64,000 nucleotides of DNA from Felis catus (GCF_018350175.1 NC_058373.1:106890001-106954000), one strand, 5' to 3'; shown: positions 1-12,762, numbered from the stretch's first letter. Program-made: numbers and translations. Notes: generated by a model not told the origin, from the letters alone.

Positions 1-98
1 GTGTCTCCCTCTCTCTCTGCCCCTCCCCCGTTCATGCTCTGTCTCTCTCTGTCCCAAAAATAAATAAACGTTGAAAAAAAAAAAATTTTAAAAAAAAA
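1..98 (+). mobile_element. 3' end of young felid SINE (SINEC_Fc type), truncated by window start
   Basis: (CT)n tract, CCCCCGTTCATGCTCTGTCTCTCTCTGTCCCAAAAATAAATAAACGTTG and A-rich tail; nearly identical to the 3' end of the SINE at 54528-54750. Confidence 0.95.
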
Positions 99-3000
99 TT
101 TATTTTAAACTGTTTCAAGTTTAAAGACTTGAAGACATAAGACATAAACTGCCTCATCGAGATAACATAGACCTGAATAGAAGATATGCTAGGTCTCTAC
201 TTGGCAGAAATGCAAATGCTGAATAAAATCAGCATTTTATTGGGAGTTCCAGCAGTGGATTTGTCATAATTCTGCAAATTATTTTGAGACAATTAGAAAG
301 ATGTCTGTAACTGTCAAGTGTAATGGCTTTAAACATTTGAAAATATATAACCTTTTACTCAGCTACTACTCGATATAAATGCTAAGTCTCCCCAGAGAAT
401 TGCATTTTGCTGCATATATGCAGTAAGCATGTAGATTATGCAGTTTCTTTAAGAAGAAAAACTTAACATGCTTATAAAAGCGTTAAAATACATTTTGGGC
501 TCCTGATGTTATGAATTTGCACGTTAAAGATCTAAGAGCATGTAAGCATTGACCTACACACTATTATATCCTGCTGTGCCTGCATTATTAAAATTAATAT
601 GCACTTTAATTTTGTTTTCTCCCTTTTTACTGTTTGATATCAATTATCAGTCTGATACTAGAATCATGATTGGTTTTGATTTTCAGTACTATCTGGAGCT
701 GCTCTTTTGTTTTTATTGCTCTCCCCCCACTTGATAGCGATATATCTAGTGTGTGTATGTACTATTTACTATTTCATTCATTGGACCTACTTATTCAATG
801 ACTTTGTTTTCTCACTATTATCCAAGGATCTTGGAATTTTTATATTTTAAATGAGTCATTTTGATATGTTATTTATATAATACAGTAAAATAAAATATTT
901 AGAATGCTACCAAGTTATTTCACATTGATTCAAACTGCTGGTTAGTGGAAAAATGAAACCGTAAGAATCTGTATTGGGATAAATTGGTATTTGATTTATT
1001 GGCACTTTAACTTGGGTGTACATGTTTTCTTATTGATATAAAGAATAAATACTTCAGTTTTATTTGCTATGAAATAGGGTCACATTTTTGAAATACAACT
1101 TTTCTCTTTAGTATGCACTCTTTAAGTTTTTGGTGCAATTCTAAATAATTGCTTTAGATACATAATTTTATGTTACAATATTAAGTTTTAGATTGCTTTT
1201 TATCCAGCAAGGATTGCCACCTGAACAGAGTTTACATCAATACTCAATATTTTTGATATGTTGAAGTGTCATACTTGTACCATTCAATTTAAGATTATTG
1301 TGTCAGAAGTTAAATTTTATATTCCTTGAGATAGATTTGATAAGACTGCAACTAGAGAATAAATATATTACATTAATTAAAATTGCTACTATATTTTAAA
1401 ACACAGAATGTAACTATTTAAATTGCAAAAGTTGTTCTAAGAAAAAGACTGCATTCAGCCTCCAGAACAGGCACTGAATATTCTCTTCTTTTTTTCTTTA
1501 TTTTTTTAAACACATGCCTTCAAAATTGCTGTGACCTATCAAACCTCATTTTATTTGCTTTGAATACTTTTGGCTTCTCTGTCCACACCGTAGAAAAGAG
1601 AAAAGGCTTTTCAGCTCTCCTGTTATCTGTGTCCTTCTAAATACTTGACTCTGTAGGGTTGTGAAAAGATTCAGCTCATAATTTAAACCACATCACTTAA
1701 GGTTGTGGTCCTTTTAAGCCAATGTAAGATTGTTCTTCTTCTACACATATATTTTTTAAATCTTTGCTGCTGACTGCCCAAGCTTTAAAGTTGCTAATTT
1801 GGAGATAAATACTAGAATCCCTCAAACTTGGTGTGAAGTGGAGTGGGGAAGAGTAGAATGTGTTTATATGAGTGTGAGAAACATCTTCTATACATATATA
1901 TTCTTTAGTAAAAACATTCAGTCTTTTTACAGTTCTAATTAAAATGTATAGTCCAACAGCAATTAAAGGAATATTTCTTAAGATTCATTTTGTTTTCCTT
2001 TTTAAAAGCAGAAGAGGCAATGTTAGTATAGTATTAATGGTAAGACAGTTTAAATGTATTACTGTCCCATGTGGAATAGGAGATATTAACTGTTTTTAAA
2101 GACTTACATTCATTTTTTTTAAAGAATTTGTCTTCCTGTAATTTTCTTCACAATTAAAATACCCAAATATATATTTTAACAGAGGAGATGTAAGATACAT
2201 CAAATATAGATGAATTAAGGTAATGTTTTTTAGACCTGAAACTATCATTGATTGAATTTATCATCAGTGTTCATTTCTATTGTATTTAGTTATCTATCCA
2301 ATAATTGTGTTGGCTTAGCAGAGACTGTATGTTAAGTGTATTACAGCTTTAGATTGTGAAATTGTGCAGCTTAGGTAAACATCAAAACCCTTTATTTTTG
2401 TACGGCAGATTTCCAGCATTAGAACTATGTAGAATAAATATACTAGATGTTAAAGATTATACAATAAAGGAACTTGGCAAACCAAATCTGAGATCCTTGC
2501 TTTTTGTTCAGATTTAAGACTGGTTAAAAAAAAAAAAAAATAATAATAATACATGGTAAAATTTGGCCTTAATTCCAAAAGGACAATTTGAGCCATTTAA
2601 AGAAATACGGGTAGCAATGTCTGTCTTTTAATATGCGGCTTTAATGAGGAATTAGTATTTTAAAACCTGATCAGAAGACAGAAGATCTTTATATGCATTG
2701 TGACTTTCAAGGGTATTTACAAATTGAGAACTAGAATGATAATTTTATTGCCCTAATGATGACAAAGAAAATCTCTTAGGATAAACATTTAAAAACAGAA
2801 AATTGAATCAAACTTGAACCTTTAATTTACAGATACCTTTGGTATGATCTTGCGTTTAGAGTAAATACGCTGAAACTCCCATGTAAAGATTTAGTCTGAG
2901 AGTTAAGTCTTTTGTACGTAACTGTTGGTATTCTGTGGTATGAGGAACAGTATGCATCTACATGGCAACACTGCAGATCATATCACTATACCCATTTAGT

Positions 3001-3717
3001 AACTGGATGTTTTGAAATTAACAATTTAAAATGCAGTTGTATGGTTTATCAAATTAAAAGTTACGAAATTTAGACTTTTTTCCATTCTGTATGCCTTGTT
3101 CAAATAATCAACTAAAGAAATGGTATTATATATCTGTTTATTGCCTAAAGTTACTTCAGACAAAAACTAACTGTGAGTGGTATTCAGTTATATAACCTAA
3201 TCTGCACATGCTACTTAAGTATCGTTTTGCAAATATAAACATGTAAAAATGATTTGGGTTAGTATATAATCAATAAATTCCCCTATACTTAAAGGGTTTT
3301 TTTCCTTTCAAATTTTGAAATTATTTTTTTTAAATCTGTGTAAAATTCAGGAAACATGTTTCTAGTGTAAAGAGAGGAGTTGACCTCCTCCAAAGTAAAC
3401 TAGTTGACATTTCATTTTTATACCTATATCCTTGATTAGGTAATGCATTGGTTTTAACATGAAAATTTTTTCACATGTTTATCGTGTTCATTTTCATTCT
3501 TTCAACTTAATCTGGAAAGTATCTCATTTTTGTGTGTCATTTTGTGCATCCCTTTGTCATAAATTTTCAAAAGTCAACTTAATTTTTTTTCTAATACCAG
3601 CTTAGAAAATCTCAGATGTGGTAAATGCCATCTTTAAAAACCTAAGTTATCTTTGTTTCGTTTTTTTTTTAATTAAATTTGAATAACACTTACAAAAAAA
3701 GTACTTCTGATTCCCAG

Positions 3718-3826
3718 AAATCATAAAGAAGCAGGGGGAAGGCGTCCCTGACTTAGTCCATGTGATGCGCACATTAGCAAGTGAGAACATCCCCAGCCTC
3801 CCACCGGGGGGTGAATTGGCAAGCAA
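3718..3826 (+). CDS. PPM1A: PPM1A (protein phosphatase 1A / PP2C-alpha) internal coding exon, 109 nt
   Basis: Acceptor ttcccAG (3716-3717), donor GTAAGT (3827); translates (E)[35 protein letters not shown](K), recognised as the PPM1A C-terminal domain. Confidence 0.97.
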
Positions 3827-5211
3827 GTAAGTTACATTCTGCACACTCTTAAAATTTGTCTCAGTACATAAAAATATTAGGTGTTCATTGATCAAATGTG
3901 TATTTACCTAATTTCTGAAGTGATCTTCAGGATGTTTAACCACAATTCAGTGTTTTTCATTATTAATGGTACATGGTGCTTGTTCAGAACAGGTGTCAGG
4001 ATGTCATTGTTTGTAACTTATTACACTGAAGGCCGTCTTTAGTGGAGACGTGGGTTACGTTGATTTCCTCATGTAGCATAAGTATAATAAATATAGTGAA
4101 AGAATTTTTTAAGCTAAATTACATAGCACTACAATTTTCATTTTTATTGCTGCTATTGTAATTTGATTTTGTTGATCCCTGGATAATTTAGCACCCCAGG
4201 GATAAGCATTTTTCTCTTCCTCCATCTGGGCCATTTTTCTATATCTCTGATTTTCCCAGTGTTTTTGGTTGTTGATTCCTGGTTGGGTGGATTTTGTTGT
4301 GAGGGAAGATAGAGGAAGCATTTCTTGCCTTCTTCTATGTGCACCTCAGTTCACAGAACTGGACTAATTCGTGTTAAAAATTAAGCTTACATCTTTGTAG
4401 GATATTTTATAAATCAAGCATTTGTACCTTAACTATCCATATAATTGACCTACAAAGATATATTGACAATTTCCTTGATTTTCTACTGTGTTATAGAAAT
4501 GAAGCCAGGTTCCTTATGATCATTTGTCTAAATAGAAATTGTAAAAATTCCTGTTTGAAGCTTTTATTTCTTTTCTTCCAATGTGACCTTCTGTGAAATG
4601 ACTGTCTATAAAATTGCTTCAAATCAATTTTGGAAGTAGGGAGGCTATAACTTATAATACCACTACAGAGTTTTTAACAAAATATTATTCAAAAATTAAT
4701 TCCTAGACTTTGCAGGGAAAATGTCATATTTGACATTTCTGTTTTATAGAGCTTTTTAAAGGGGGCATTACAAAAAGCAGAAATTCAAATGTAAAAATTT
4801 ATCCAAATTATTTTACCACAGCAGATGTTGACGTTACTTCTATTTCAAAACTAACGTTCAACTCTTAACCAGAATATGTTACTATTATATCTTAAGACTA
4901 GCATCACTGCTGAGTCATAACCACGTAAGCCAGTTCAAATGAAGTTGACCCTACTGACTGATTTTTTTCTTTAAACCATGATTTTCAGTCTTCTATTAAT
5001 TGGTTGGTGGAATGTTACATTTTAGAATACATTCACATCTAGTTTAACATTGGGGTTCAAATATCTTAAAGTGGATCACTTATTGACAGTAAGAAATAGA
5101 ATTAAAATAATTTCTAAGTGTAAGATTATCTGACATTTTAATGAGCACCTATGAGTTATTAAGCAGTTCTGTGCTCTAAAGAATTAACTTTCTGCATTTT
5201 TTTAAATTTAG

Positions 5212-5269
5212 GCGGAATGTAATTGAAGCCGTTTACAATAGACTGAATCCTTACAAAAATGATGACACT
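5212..5269 (+). CDS. PPM1A: PPM1A penultimate coding exon, 58 nt
   Basis: Acceptor tttAG (5210-5211), donor GTAAGT (5270); phase matches the previous exon (AA|G); translates (K)[19 protein letters not shown]. Confidence 0.97.
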
Positions 5270-6219
5270 GTAAGTAGCATTTTCGCTCCCTCTGCTTCTT
5301 CCCCTCCACTCTAAATGTGCACACCCTCGTACCTGTATTTTGCAGAGCTGTTCACTGTACCCATTTGCCCTTACACACACCCCTGATTGATTGTTCTGAA
5401 CTCTGGGTGCACCAAAGTTCTCGTGATTGAGGACATAATCATGGTGAGTGGCCACCTCTCTCAAAAAAGAAGAAAGTCCCTTTGAATTATTGCTGGTTTT
5501 TTAAGCCTCGGCAAGCAATCAACTTCAGAAGGTTTGTCTCCACTAAATGTTTTTTTTGAAGTTGCTCAGAATCTTGAATTATTCTGAGTTTTATAAGAAG
5601 CTACAATAGAACTTCAGATTGCCCAGCTCCACTCAATAGTTTTTATGTTTGGAAATACCTTGTCTGAGAACCCTGAAGTATATACTTCATTTAAATACTA
5701 AAGTAGAGAATTCTACTTATGTGAAAAGAATGCCCTATTCTCCAGTTTCCTGTTAGAATTCTGTTGCAGTATGGTGTTTACAGAAAAGTGGTAACTTAAA
5801 AATCATTTGGGCACAGCTCAAAAATATATACTGCTCACATCTGTATTCCTTACATCTCTTATGACTTGAGGTCTTAATCTCTTCTTGTGTAATAAAAGTT
5901 TATAAAAGTGGTCTAAAAATAAATTGGGTTTTAACTGAAGAAAATAAATTTTTATTATATGGTTTAGAAATACATTTGGTCCACCTCATGGTAAAATCAT
6001 ATTTTAAATATTTTACTCCAAAACAGATTTTTTGAACAACTTGAATACTGATACTTCATATTAGACACACACACATACTTACATACTTTAAAAAGCATTT
6101 ATAGACTGAATGTCAACTTTACAAAACCGTATCTTGCTGCATTATCCCAAGAGTAATGTGCTTTGGCACCTCTCAGCTTTAATGTAGTTCCTTCTTTTGC
6201 TTTGTTTCCTTTTATAAAG

Positions 6220-6249
6220 GATTCTACATCGACTGATGATATGTGGTAA
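6220..6249 (+). CDS. PPM1A: PPM1A terminal exon, coding part including stop
   Basis: Long polypyrimidine tract then AG (6218-6219); GAT TCT ACA TCG ACT GAT GAT ATG TGG TAA = DSTSTDDMW*, the PPM1A C-terminus. Confidence 0.97.
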   Translation, partial: DSTSTDDMW

Positions 6250-7090
6250 AACTGCTCATCTAGCCATGGAGTTTACCTTCACCTCCAAAGGAGAGTACAG
6301 CTCAACTTCCTTGAACCTTTTAAACATCCCTCCTCAACTTTAAAGAAGGACATGTGTCATGGGTGAGAGTGGATCACACCAGAGAACTTCAGCAGTACAA
6401 CAGCTAGCCCAGAACTGATTTTTTTTTTTTTGTAAATTTGAGACTTATGTAAACGTGATTTCAAACCATAATTCATGTTGTAAATCAGACTCCAGCAATT
6501 TTTGTTGTATGATTTTGTTTTTTGTAAAGTGTAATTGTCCTTGTACAAAATGCTCATATTTAATTATGAACTGCTTTAAATCACTATCAGAGTTACAAAA
6601 AAATGTTTGGCTTGTTGTGTGATGCAACAGATATATAGCCCTTTCAAGTCATGTTGTGTTTGGACTTGGGGTTGGGACAGGGAGAGCAGCAGCCATGTCA
6701 GCTAGGCACTCAAATGTGCACATGATTAAGGAGAAGAATTCCCAAATCTTACAAAGCCGGACATCCAGGGAGTTAACTGAAAACTGTCTTCATGTTTTGG
6801 CAGTGGGGTTGGCACTGTTGATAAAGCTGGTCCCTTCATTTAACTGTCGTCTAGGTTGTTCTCTCCTTGTTGCCAGGAGTATTGCAGGTAATACAGTATA
6901 TTCATAAGAATATCAATCTTGGGGCTGAAATGCCTTGATTCTTTGCACCTCTTTTCCGAGTCCTTACATTGAATTACTAATTGATAAGCAGCAGCTTCCT
7001 ACATATAGTAGGAGACTGCCACATTTTTGCTATCATGATTGGCTGGGCCTGCTGCTGTTCCTAGTAAGGTATTCTGAATTCCATTTTATC

Positions 7091-7135
7091 AATAAAGCTT
7101 GATTTAACAAACAAGAAATTTAATCATGTATGTGT
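7091..7135 (+). terminator. Proximal polyadenylation signal of PPM1A
   Basis: AATAAA at 7091-7096 followed ~30 nt later by TGTATGTGT. Confidence 0.65.
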
Positions 7136-7433
7136 AATTCCTCCTTTACCCCGCCCTTTTAAAACACCATGCCATTGTAAGTGAGAAGTTTCTCGTGGGG
7201 AAAGATGTTTGTCTCTTTTAATTGGGAAATAATGTTACTCACGGCACAGATGGAACTGTTTCCCTTCCATTAGAAAGACTAAAAGATTTAAATCTCTGTT
7301 GTTTCTTAATCTGTTTTTTAATGGGTTTCTTTCTGGCTGCTTATTTTTCATTCTATGTGTATCAGCTTGAATTTGCCTACTGTTTAATTAAAATAATTGT
7401 CAGAGCTTGACAATCTAACACTCTATAGTAGGG

Positions 7434-7481
7434 GTGTGCGTGTGTGTGGGTGGGTGTGCGCGTGTGTGCACGTGCGTGTGT
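7434..7481 (+). repeat. Imperfect (GT/GC)n alternating purine-pyrimidine tract in the 3' UTR
   Basis: GTGTGCGTGTGTGTGGGTGGGTGTGCGCGTGTGTGCACGTGCGTGTGT. Confidence 0.85.
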
Positions 7482-9369
7482 TTGCCTGTGATTTTTAATG
7501 GACTCATGTCTTTAGAATCCAAGTAGTTAAGATGTATTTGTGATTTGAAATAGAGCATGTTGCTAATATTTAGCTGTTGGCCTTTAAAAATAACATTCGA
7601 AGCTTAAGGAATTGTAGATATAAAAATAACCTAATTTAATTTAGGCTTAAATTCCTCTGATTAAGCATGTGAAAGTAAGTTTTAAAATCTGTCACGATGA
7701 AAAGACTACTGTTTTGTGCCCTTCTGTATTTTTGTCTCTTTAGGTTGAATATTGTATTTATTGCCGTGTAATTTAATCATTCAGTAGGCAGATTCCCCAC
7801 TAGAAATTATTAAAATGTCAGATTACAATACAACATGGAATACAAAATCAAAACTCTGTGTATAAAAGGTAGTATAATCAACTTTGTTACATTTGTTTTT
7901 TCCCTAACTTGGAAATATACATATTTGTATATATAGCCTTAAAACTAATGTAAAGTTAGGGGAGTAGTGGGAAAAGTAATGTGAAATGTCTCAGATTTAA
8001 GTAGTTACATACCAGCAAAACCTTTTCATTATCCCCCTTATTTGTGAGGCGATTAAATGTAATTTAATTGTATTTAATTTATATCTCAATCCAGCATGAA
8101 TGAAGAAAAACAAGTACTATTTATATTTAGAAATTCATAAGTTGGAATTACAGAACCAATTCCATACTTAACAAATAAATGCTCAGTGTCTAAATCTGTG
8201 GTAGAGTGCGAAGTATGATAATGTTCTAAGTTATGGCTTTGCAAGCATCTCAGTGTGCATTTAATGAATACAATGCTTCTAGTATAGAGTGATTACCAGA
8301 CATACTAGTACTGAAAACTAAATTCCTATTATAAGCCAGGTTCTTAATTTTTTAAGTAGACTGAATTTTTTAGTTCTAGAAATTGCAAAACTTCAAATTG
8401 GATTTTGATCTGCAAAATCATAAATCACAAGTTAAAATATGTGATGGAGAGCTATATTTCAAACCATAACAGCATATTTAGAGCTTTTTTTTTTGAGAGT
8501 TTTTAAATAAAAAAGAGGAAGTTAAGCTATTCCTCTGTTAAAATTATTAGTACTGAAATGAAGCTTGGAAGTGAGAGAAAACTATTAAATGTTCTCTGAG
8601 AAGACTAAATCTTTTCCACATGAGTCAGCATTGCCATACTAGATATAACTTTTCATTATAAAAAAGGAAGTATCCATTATTATAGCAGACTATGTGTGTT
8701 CTTGATTCCTGGGGGTAATGGTGGTGGTGGGAACCGACCACACGTTTAAAAGGCACTTTTGCACCTCTATGGTGCACTTCATTTTTGTACCACTTAAGTT
8801 CTTGCCCTCCCAACCCCCTTTTGTGTGCTAATTAGCATCTCAGGGCAATGCCTCAAAATTTTTCGATGTGTTGTATGTTATTTTCTTTGGAGGGTGAAAG
8901 TTCTTTTGTGATGATAATTTACCATTCAAAATGTACTTTCATTTAAGTGTTTTCTTAGGATGAACTCATTTTGCTGCTTGTAATAGGAAATTCATTTTGT
9001 GTAGCAGACTCTTAACCCTAACATTAAAAAATTTCACTGGTCTCTTACTGTCGTAGCAGTAAGCTCTCTTAATTTCCACTTTGTTAAGGAATATACTTTT
9101 ATAGATAACAGAAGCAGTTCTCAATATTAGCATTAACTTTACAAAATCCAAATGGTATTTTTCTTATTTAGCTTTAGAACTATTTCAAACATTTTTAATT
9201 ATAATGCTTGCTTCTAGAGTACTATGCAATTAGTATACTGCTCCAGCCACTTATTTTTTATTACTACATTAAGAAATTTAGATTAAAGAATAAATTATGT
9301 AATTCAAATAATCTGAGTTATACTAGCATTTTTAATGATCATCCCATCTGACCACATATTAATTCCATT

Positions 9370-9500
9370 AATCAGCTTTCCCACAAAACATATTGAGTGT
9401 TATCTGCAAAACACTGTTCTAGGCGAAATACCTTGGAACTATAAAGAAATGACTAGATCCTTGCCCTCAAGGAGTTTACATTTGAGTAGAATTTATAATC
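9370..9500 (-). mobile_element. Ancient L2 3'-end remnant
   Basis: acaaaacatattgagtgttatctg...cactgttctaggc...ccttgccctcaaggagtttaca resembles the antisense L2 3' terminus. Confidence 0.5.
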
Positions 9501-12500
9501 TAACACATGTTAATATTATAGCTGAATCACTCATCCAAAAAAAAAAAAAATAGCTGTCATCCTCCTACTGTCTGCCAGATAATTTTCCTGAATAAGGCAG
9601 GTCTCTCTGTCCTAAAAAGCTCATTTATGCTTCCATTATTCACTTGAAAACTCTTCCATTTGTTTTCCTCTCCCCAAAGTTAAAAATCTCATTCAGAAGA
9701 AAATTTTGCTCAGCATAGTAATAATATAGGACTGATGAGGCTCAAATCTATTCAGTATGCTTGACTACCTTTAACAAATGGCCTTTTACTACTCCTGCTA
9801 TAAAATTAGTTTCCTGCTATATACAGACAGCTAAAATTTAAGAAAAATTCTGTTTCTTTGAAACACACTGCCGTTAATAGCTAGTTTTAGCCAAATGATT
9901 ATTATGCATTAATTTTTGAAAATAATTTCACTGCCCATCTTTACTGGACAAGTTCATATGTGAATTCAATTTGTGATTTCTGAAAGAAGTGACAAAATTG
10001 GTTACAGGTTTTCTTTTTTAATTTTGAATTTCATGATGTATACTTTTAATTCATAAAATTTGAATTAGAGGTATAAGCCTATAATGTTTTGTTATTTGTA
10101 CAGTATTATATTAGGATTTGGTAGTAGAAAATATGTAAATATTTCAGTACATAAATGTTTCTCTTTTGAGGTTTCTCTTTGAAGGAACCTTAAAGAGTTT
10201 CATACTTTTGCTTGCAGATACTGCCGGTGAGATGACCATTTTGTAACTGAGTGATCTAGTCCTCTCATTAGTTTTTCTTCTAGGCATTAGGAAGAGTTCT
10301 TTATAGTTTAAAACTTTAGAAGCATAATTTGACTTTATTTTCTTCAATAATGTGCCATGAGTTTTGGATTGTATTTTTAAATTCTATATTACTTTAGAAT
10401 ATGCTTGAAATATTTAAGATACATTTTCTAAATGTTGCGAGTATAATACTGTATTGTTTTGTAGGTCAGAATAGTTAAGTCTCAAGTGTTAGTTATTACT
10501 GATAATCAGAATGCCATCAGAAATGATGAGAGGCATTTGGTTCCACTTGATTGTCAAATGAACATTTCTACTTTTGTTCACCTTCACTCATTCTTTCCCT
10601 TTTACCTGCTTTATGTATTAACCTAGTGGCCTCTGCTCTCGTATTTTTCTGGTTATATTACCAGCAGGTAGGAGTGCGCCAACTAGAAACACTCAGATGT
10701 ATTGAAATTATAGTTGACTAACTTGCATTTCATTAGATGGGGGAAAATGTTGTTTGGATTGATGTAACAAAGAAGTGACTTTTTTCCCTCCCTTATCCAG
10801 CACGAAATGTTGCTTTATTTCCTCTACTGCCCTCTTTGTGGTGGTTGTCTCTCTGTCTCTTTTTCAAACGTAAGCAGGCTGATTCCATTTTCTTGAGCAA
10901 GAGTTTAGGGCATTACTTCACCAAGGCCAATTTCTACTGTACAAAACTGGGCCGAAAAAAAGAAAATTTGGGAGATGCCAGTGAGGAGGACAGAGAGGAT
11001 TACTCTTAGTTGTTGTAAAAGCCATAGAGAGATCTTCCTCTAGCCAGGCTATTAAGAACTGTTACATAAACCGGCAAGAACCAACCTTTGCTTCTTCAGA
11101 TCATTTGATTTTCCATCAAGGGAGATGATAAACAAAAATACTGCTGCTTCAACTTAAAAACAGAAAAAATAAATGCAAATGTTTATTCACCACAAAACCC
11201 AATCCTTCCGGTCTTTTAATTGCTCCAAACCTCAGTTTCTACTAGCTTTCTCATCGAATTAAGTATTCAGAAAAATTTTATGTTTTTCCTTTCTTTTCCA
11301 TAGTCGTCCTGGTCCAGTAGAAGACATTGAGTAACATTTGTGTTTGTATTGTACTACCTGAAGTAAGATTGGTGTAGGAGATTGTAGCCACAGGACAAAA
11401 TTAGTAATATCTCAATTAGGTATAGTGAGTGCTACAAATCCATTTTAGGAACAATTCTTAACTTTGTAGGTTCCCAGGCCCTTTGAAAATGATGAATCCT
11501 AGGAACTTCCTTACCCAGGAAAATCATATAATGTACCTAACTCCCCAAAGTTTACAATATTGCAGGGGTTCATCAGCCTTTTTTCCTGCAAAAAGCCCGT
11601 AAAAAATATTTCAAAGGTGTCAAAATAATTTGAGTAATTTAAGGAAGTGTTTAACTTTTTGAGAGAGAGAGGAGGTGGATGGGAGCCTAGGCTAGAATCT
11701 GATATTAAAATAACCTTTTTGAAGGTTGTATTTTGGGGGAAAGGAGAGTAATTAAAGGTGAATAAAATAATCTTATTTGGACCAGTTCTGGAGGATAACA
11801 TCACTCTAAGTTTGCCACTTCTGAAACTCAACAGAAAAGAGGTAAGATGGAAATTGAAAGTTTGGAATGTTTCTGACCTGCATAGTGCAAATATAGTATA
11901 TTCACAAGACATTTAACTGTCTGATCGCACTCAGGTTTTAAAATTTTGAGCTTCCTAGTTTTAGAGTTCATTAAATGTTTAATTCACTTCAGATTCTAGG
12001 GTATTAGGTATTTACTTACTGATACATAATGTTAAAATAGGATGTAACATATGGCCATCAATGTACAGGATTAATGGGATTTCTACTAAAATGTAACGAC
12101 CATGAAAAAACTGATTAGCTTGTCTCATTTGTTGCCCAAATTGGATGTTCAGTTACAGCTTATTTAATTCCCATGTGTGGGAATTTTGAAACAGAAACCA
12201 TTGTCTTGCTTGGTTAGCCCTTCACGAAGACATCAGCATATCCGCAGGAAGTATCTTGTTTGTAGTAATATGCCCCAATAGTACTTGGTTTCACTCTTGA
12301 AATGGTTTATTTCACTTAATTTGCATAAATGTTACAAGTGGAGAGTCCATGTACATGTTAAAAGCATGTTGTATTATACATAGATTCGTTTTTTAAAAAT
12401 CTATAAATGTAAAACTAATACAACTGCAGAAATATTTTTCCTAAACAGTGTATAATGAAATTCTCCACAGTTAACTCACCCACTGTTTGCTGTTTATGTG

Positions 12501-12715
12501 ATCCAAACTTTTAAAGAAATTCCATAAATGTATATTTTGTATTATGTACCATTTTCTTGGTCCAAAGAAGACATGTGAATTCAGTCCTAATTTTAAGAAT
12601 GTACTTTTTGTTTTCAAGTCTGTTGAAGAAATTGCATTCAGCCTGTGAATGGTTGCAGATTGTATGTGAGATGAAAAGTAGAAATAATTTCTAGTTTGCA
12701 AAACTGGTGCCACTA

Positions 12716-12762
12716 AATAAACAGGCAATTGCATAATGTGTGTGTATTTATGATTGTTTGAT
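12716..12762 (+). terminator. Distal polyadenylation signal of PPM1A
   Basis: AATAAA 12716-12721, several upstream TGTA motifs (12529-12665), downstream TGTGTGTGTATTTATGATTGTTTG. Confidence 0.7.

Larger units (their letters stand above)
6250..12740 (+). other. PPM1A: PPM1A long 3' UTR (~6.5 kb)
   Basis: Follows the stop codon; AU-rich and nearly free of young TEs; ends at AATAAA 12716-12721 followed by a GU/U-rich element. 3' end inferred. Confidence 0.75.

Noticed and set aside
2183..2189. 7-nt AG|AGGAGAT|GTAAGA microexon-like motif
   Set aside because: Frameshifting, weak pyrimidine tract, no other support
5071..5100. GTGGATCA... resembling the start of the human short-isoform tail (GGS...)
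   Set aside because: No AG acceptor directly upstream, wrong intron, and the peptide does not continue to match
3647..5464. Minus-strand ORFs 3647-3895 and 5159-5464
   Set aside because: Antisense shadows of PPM1A exons with no independent evidence
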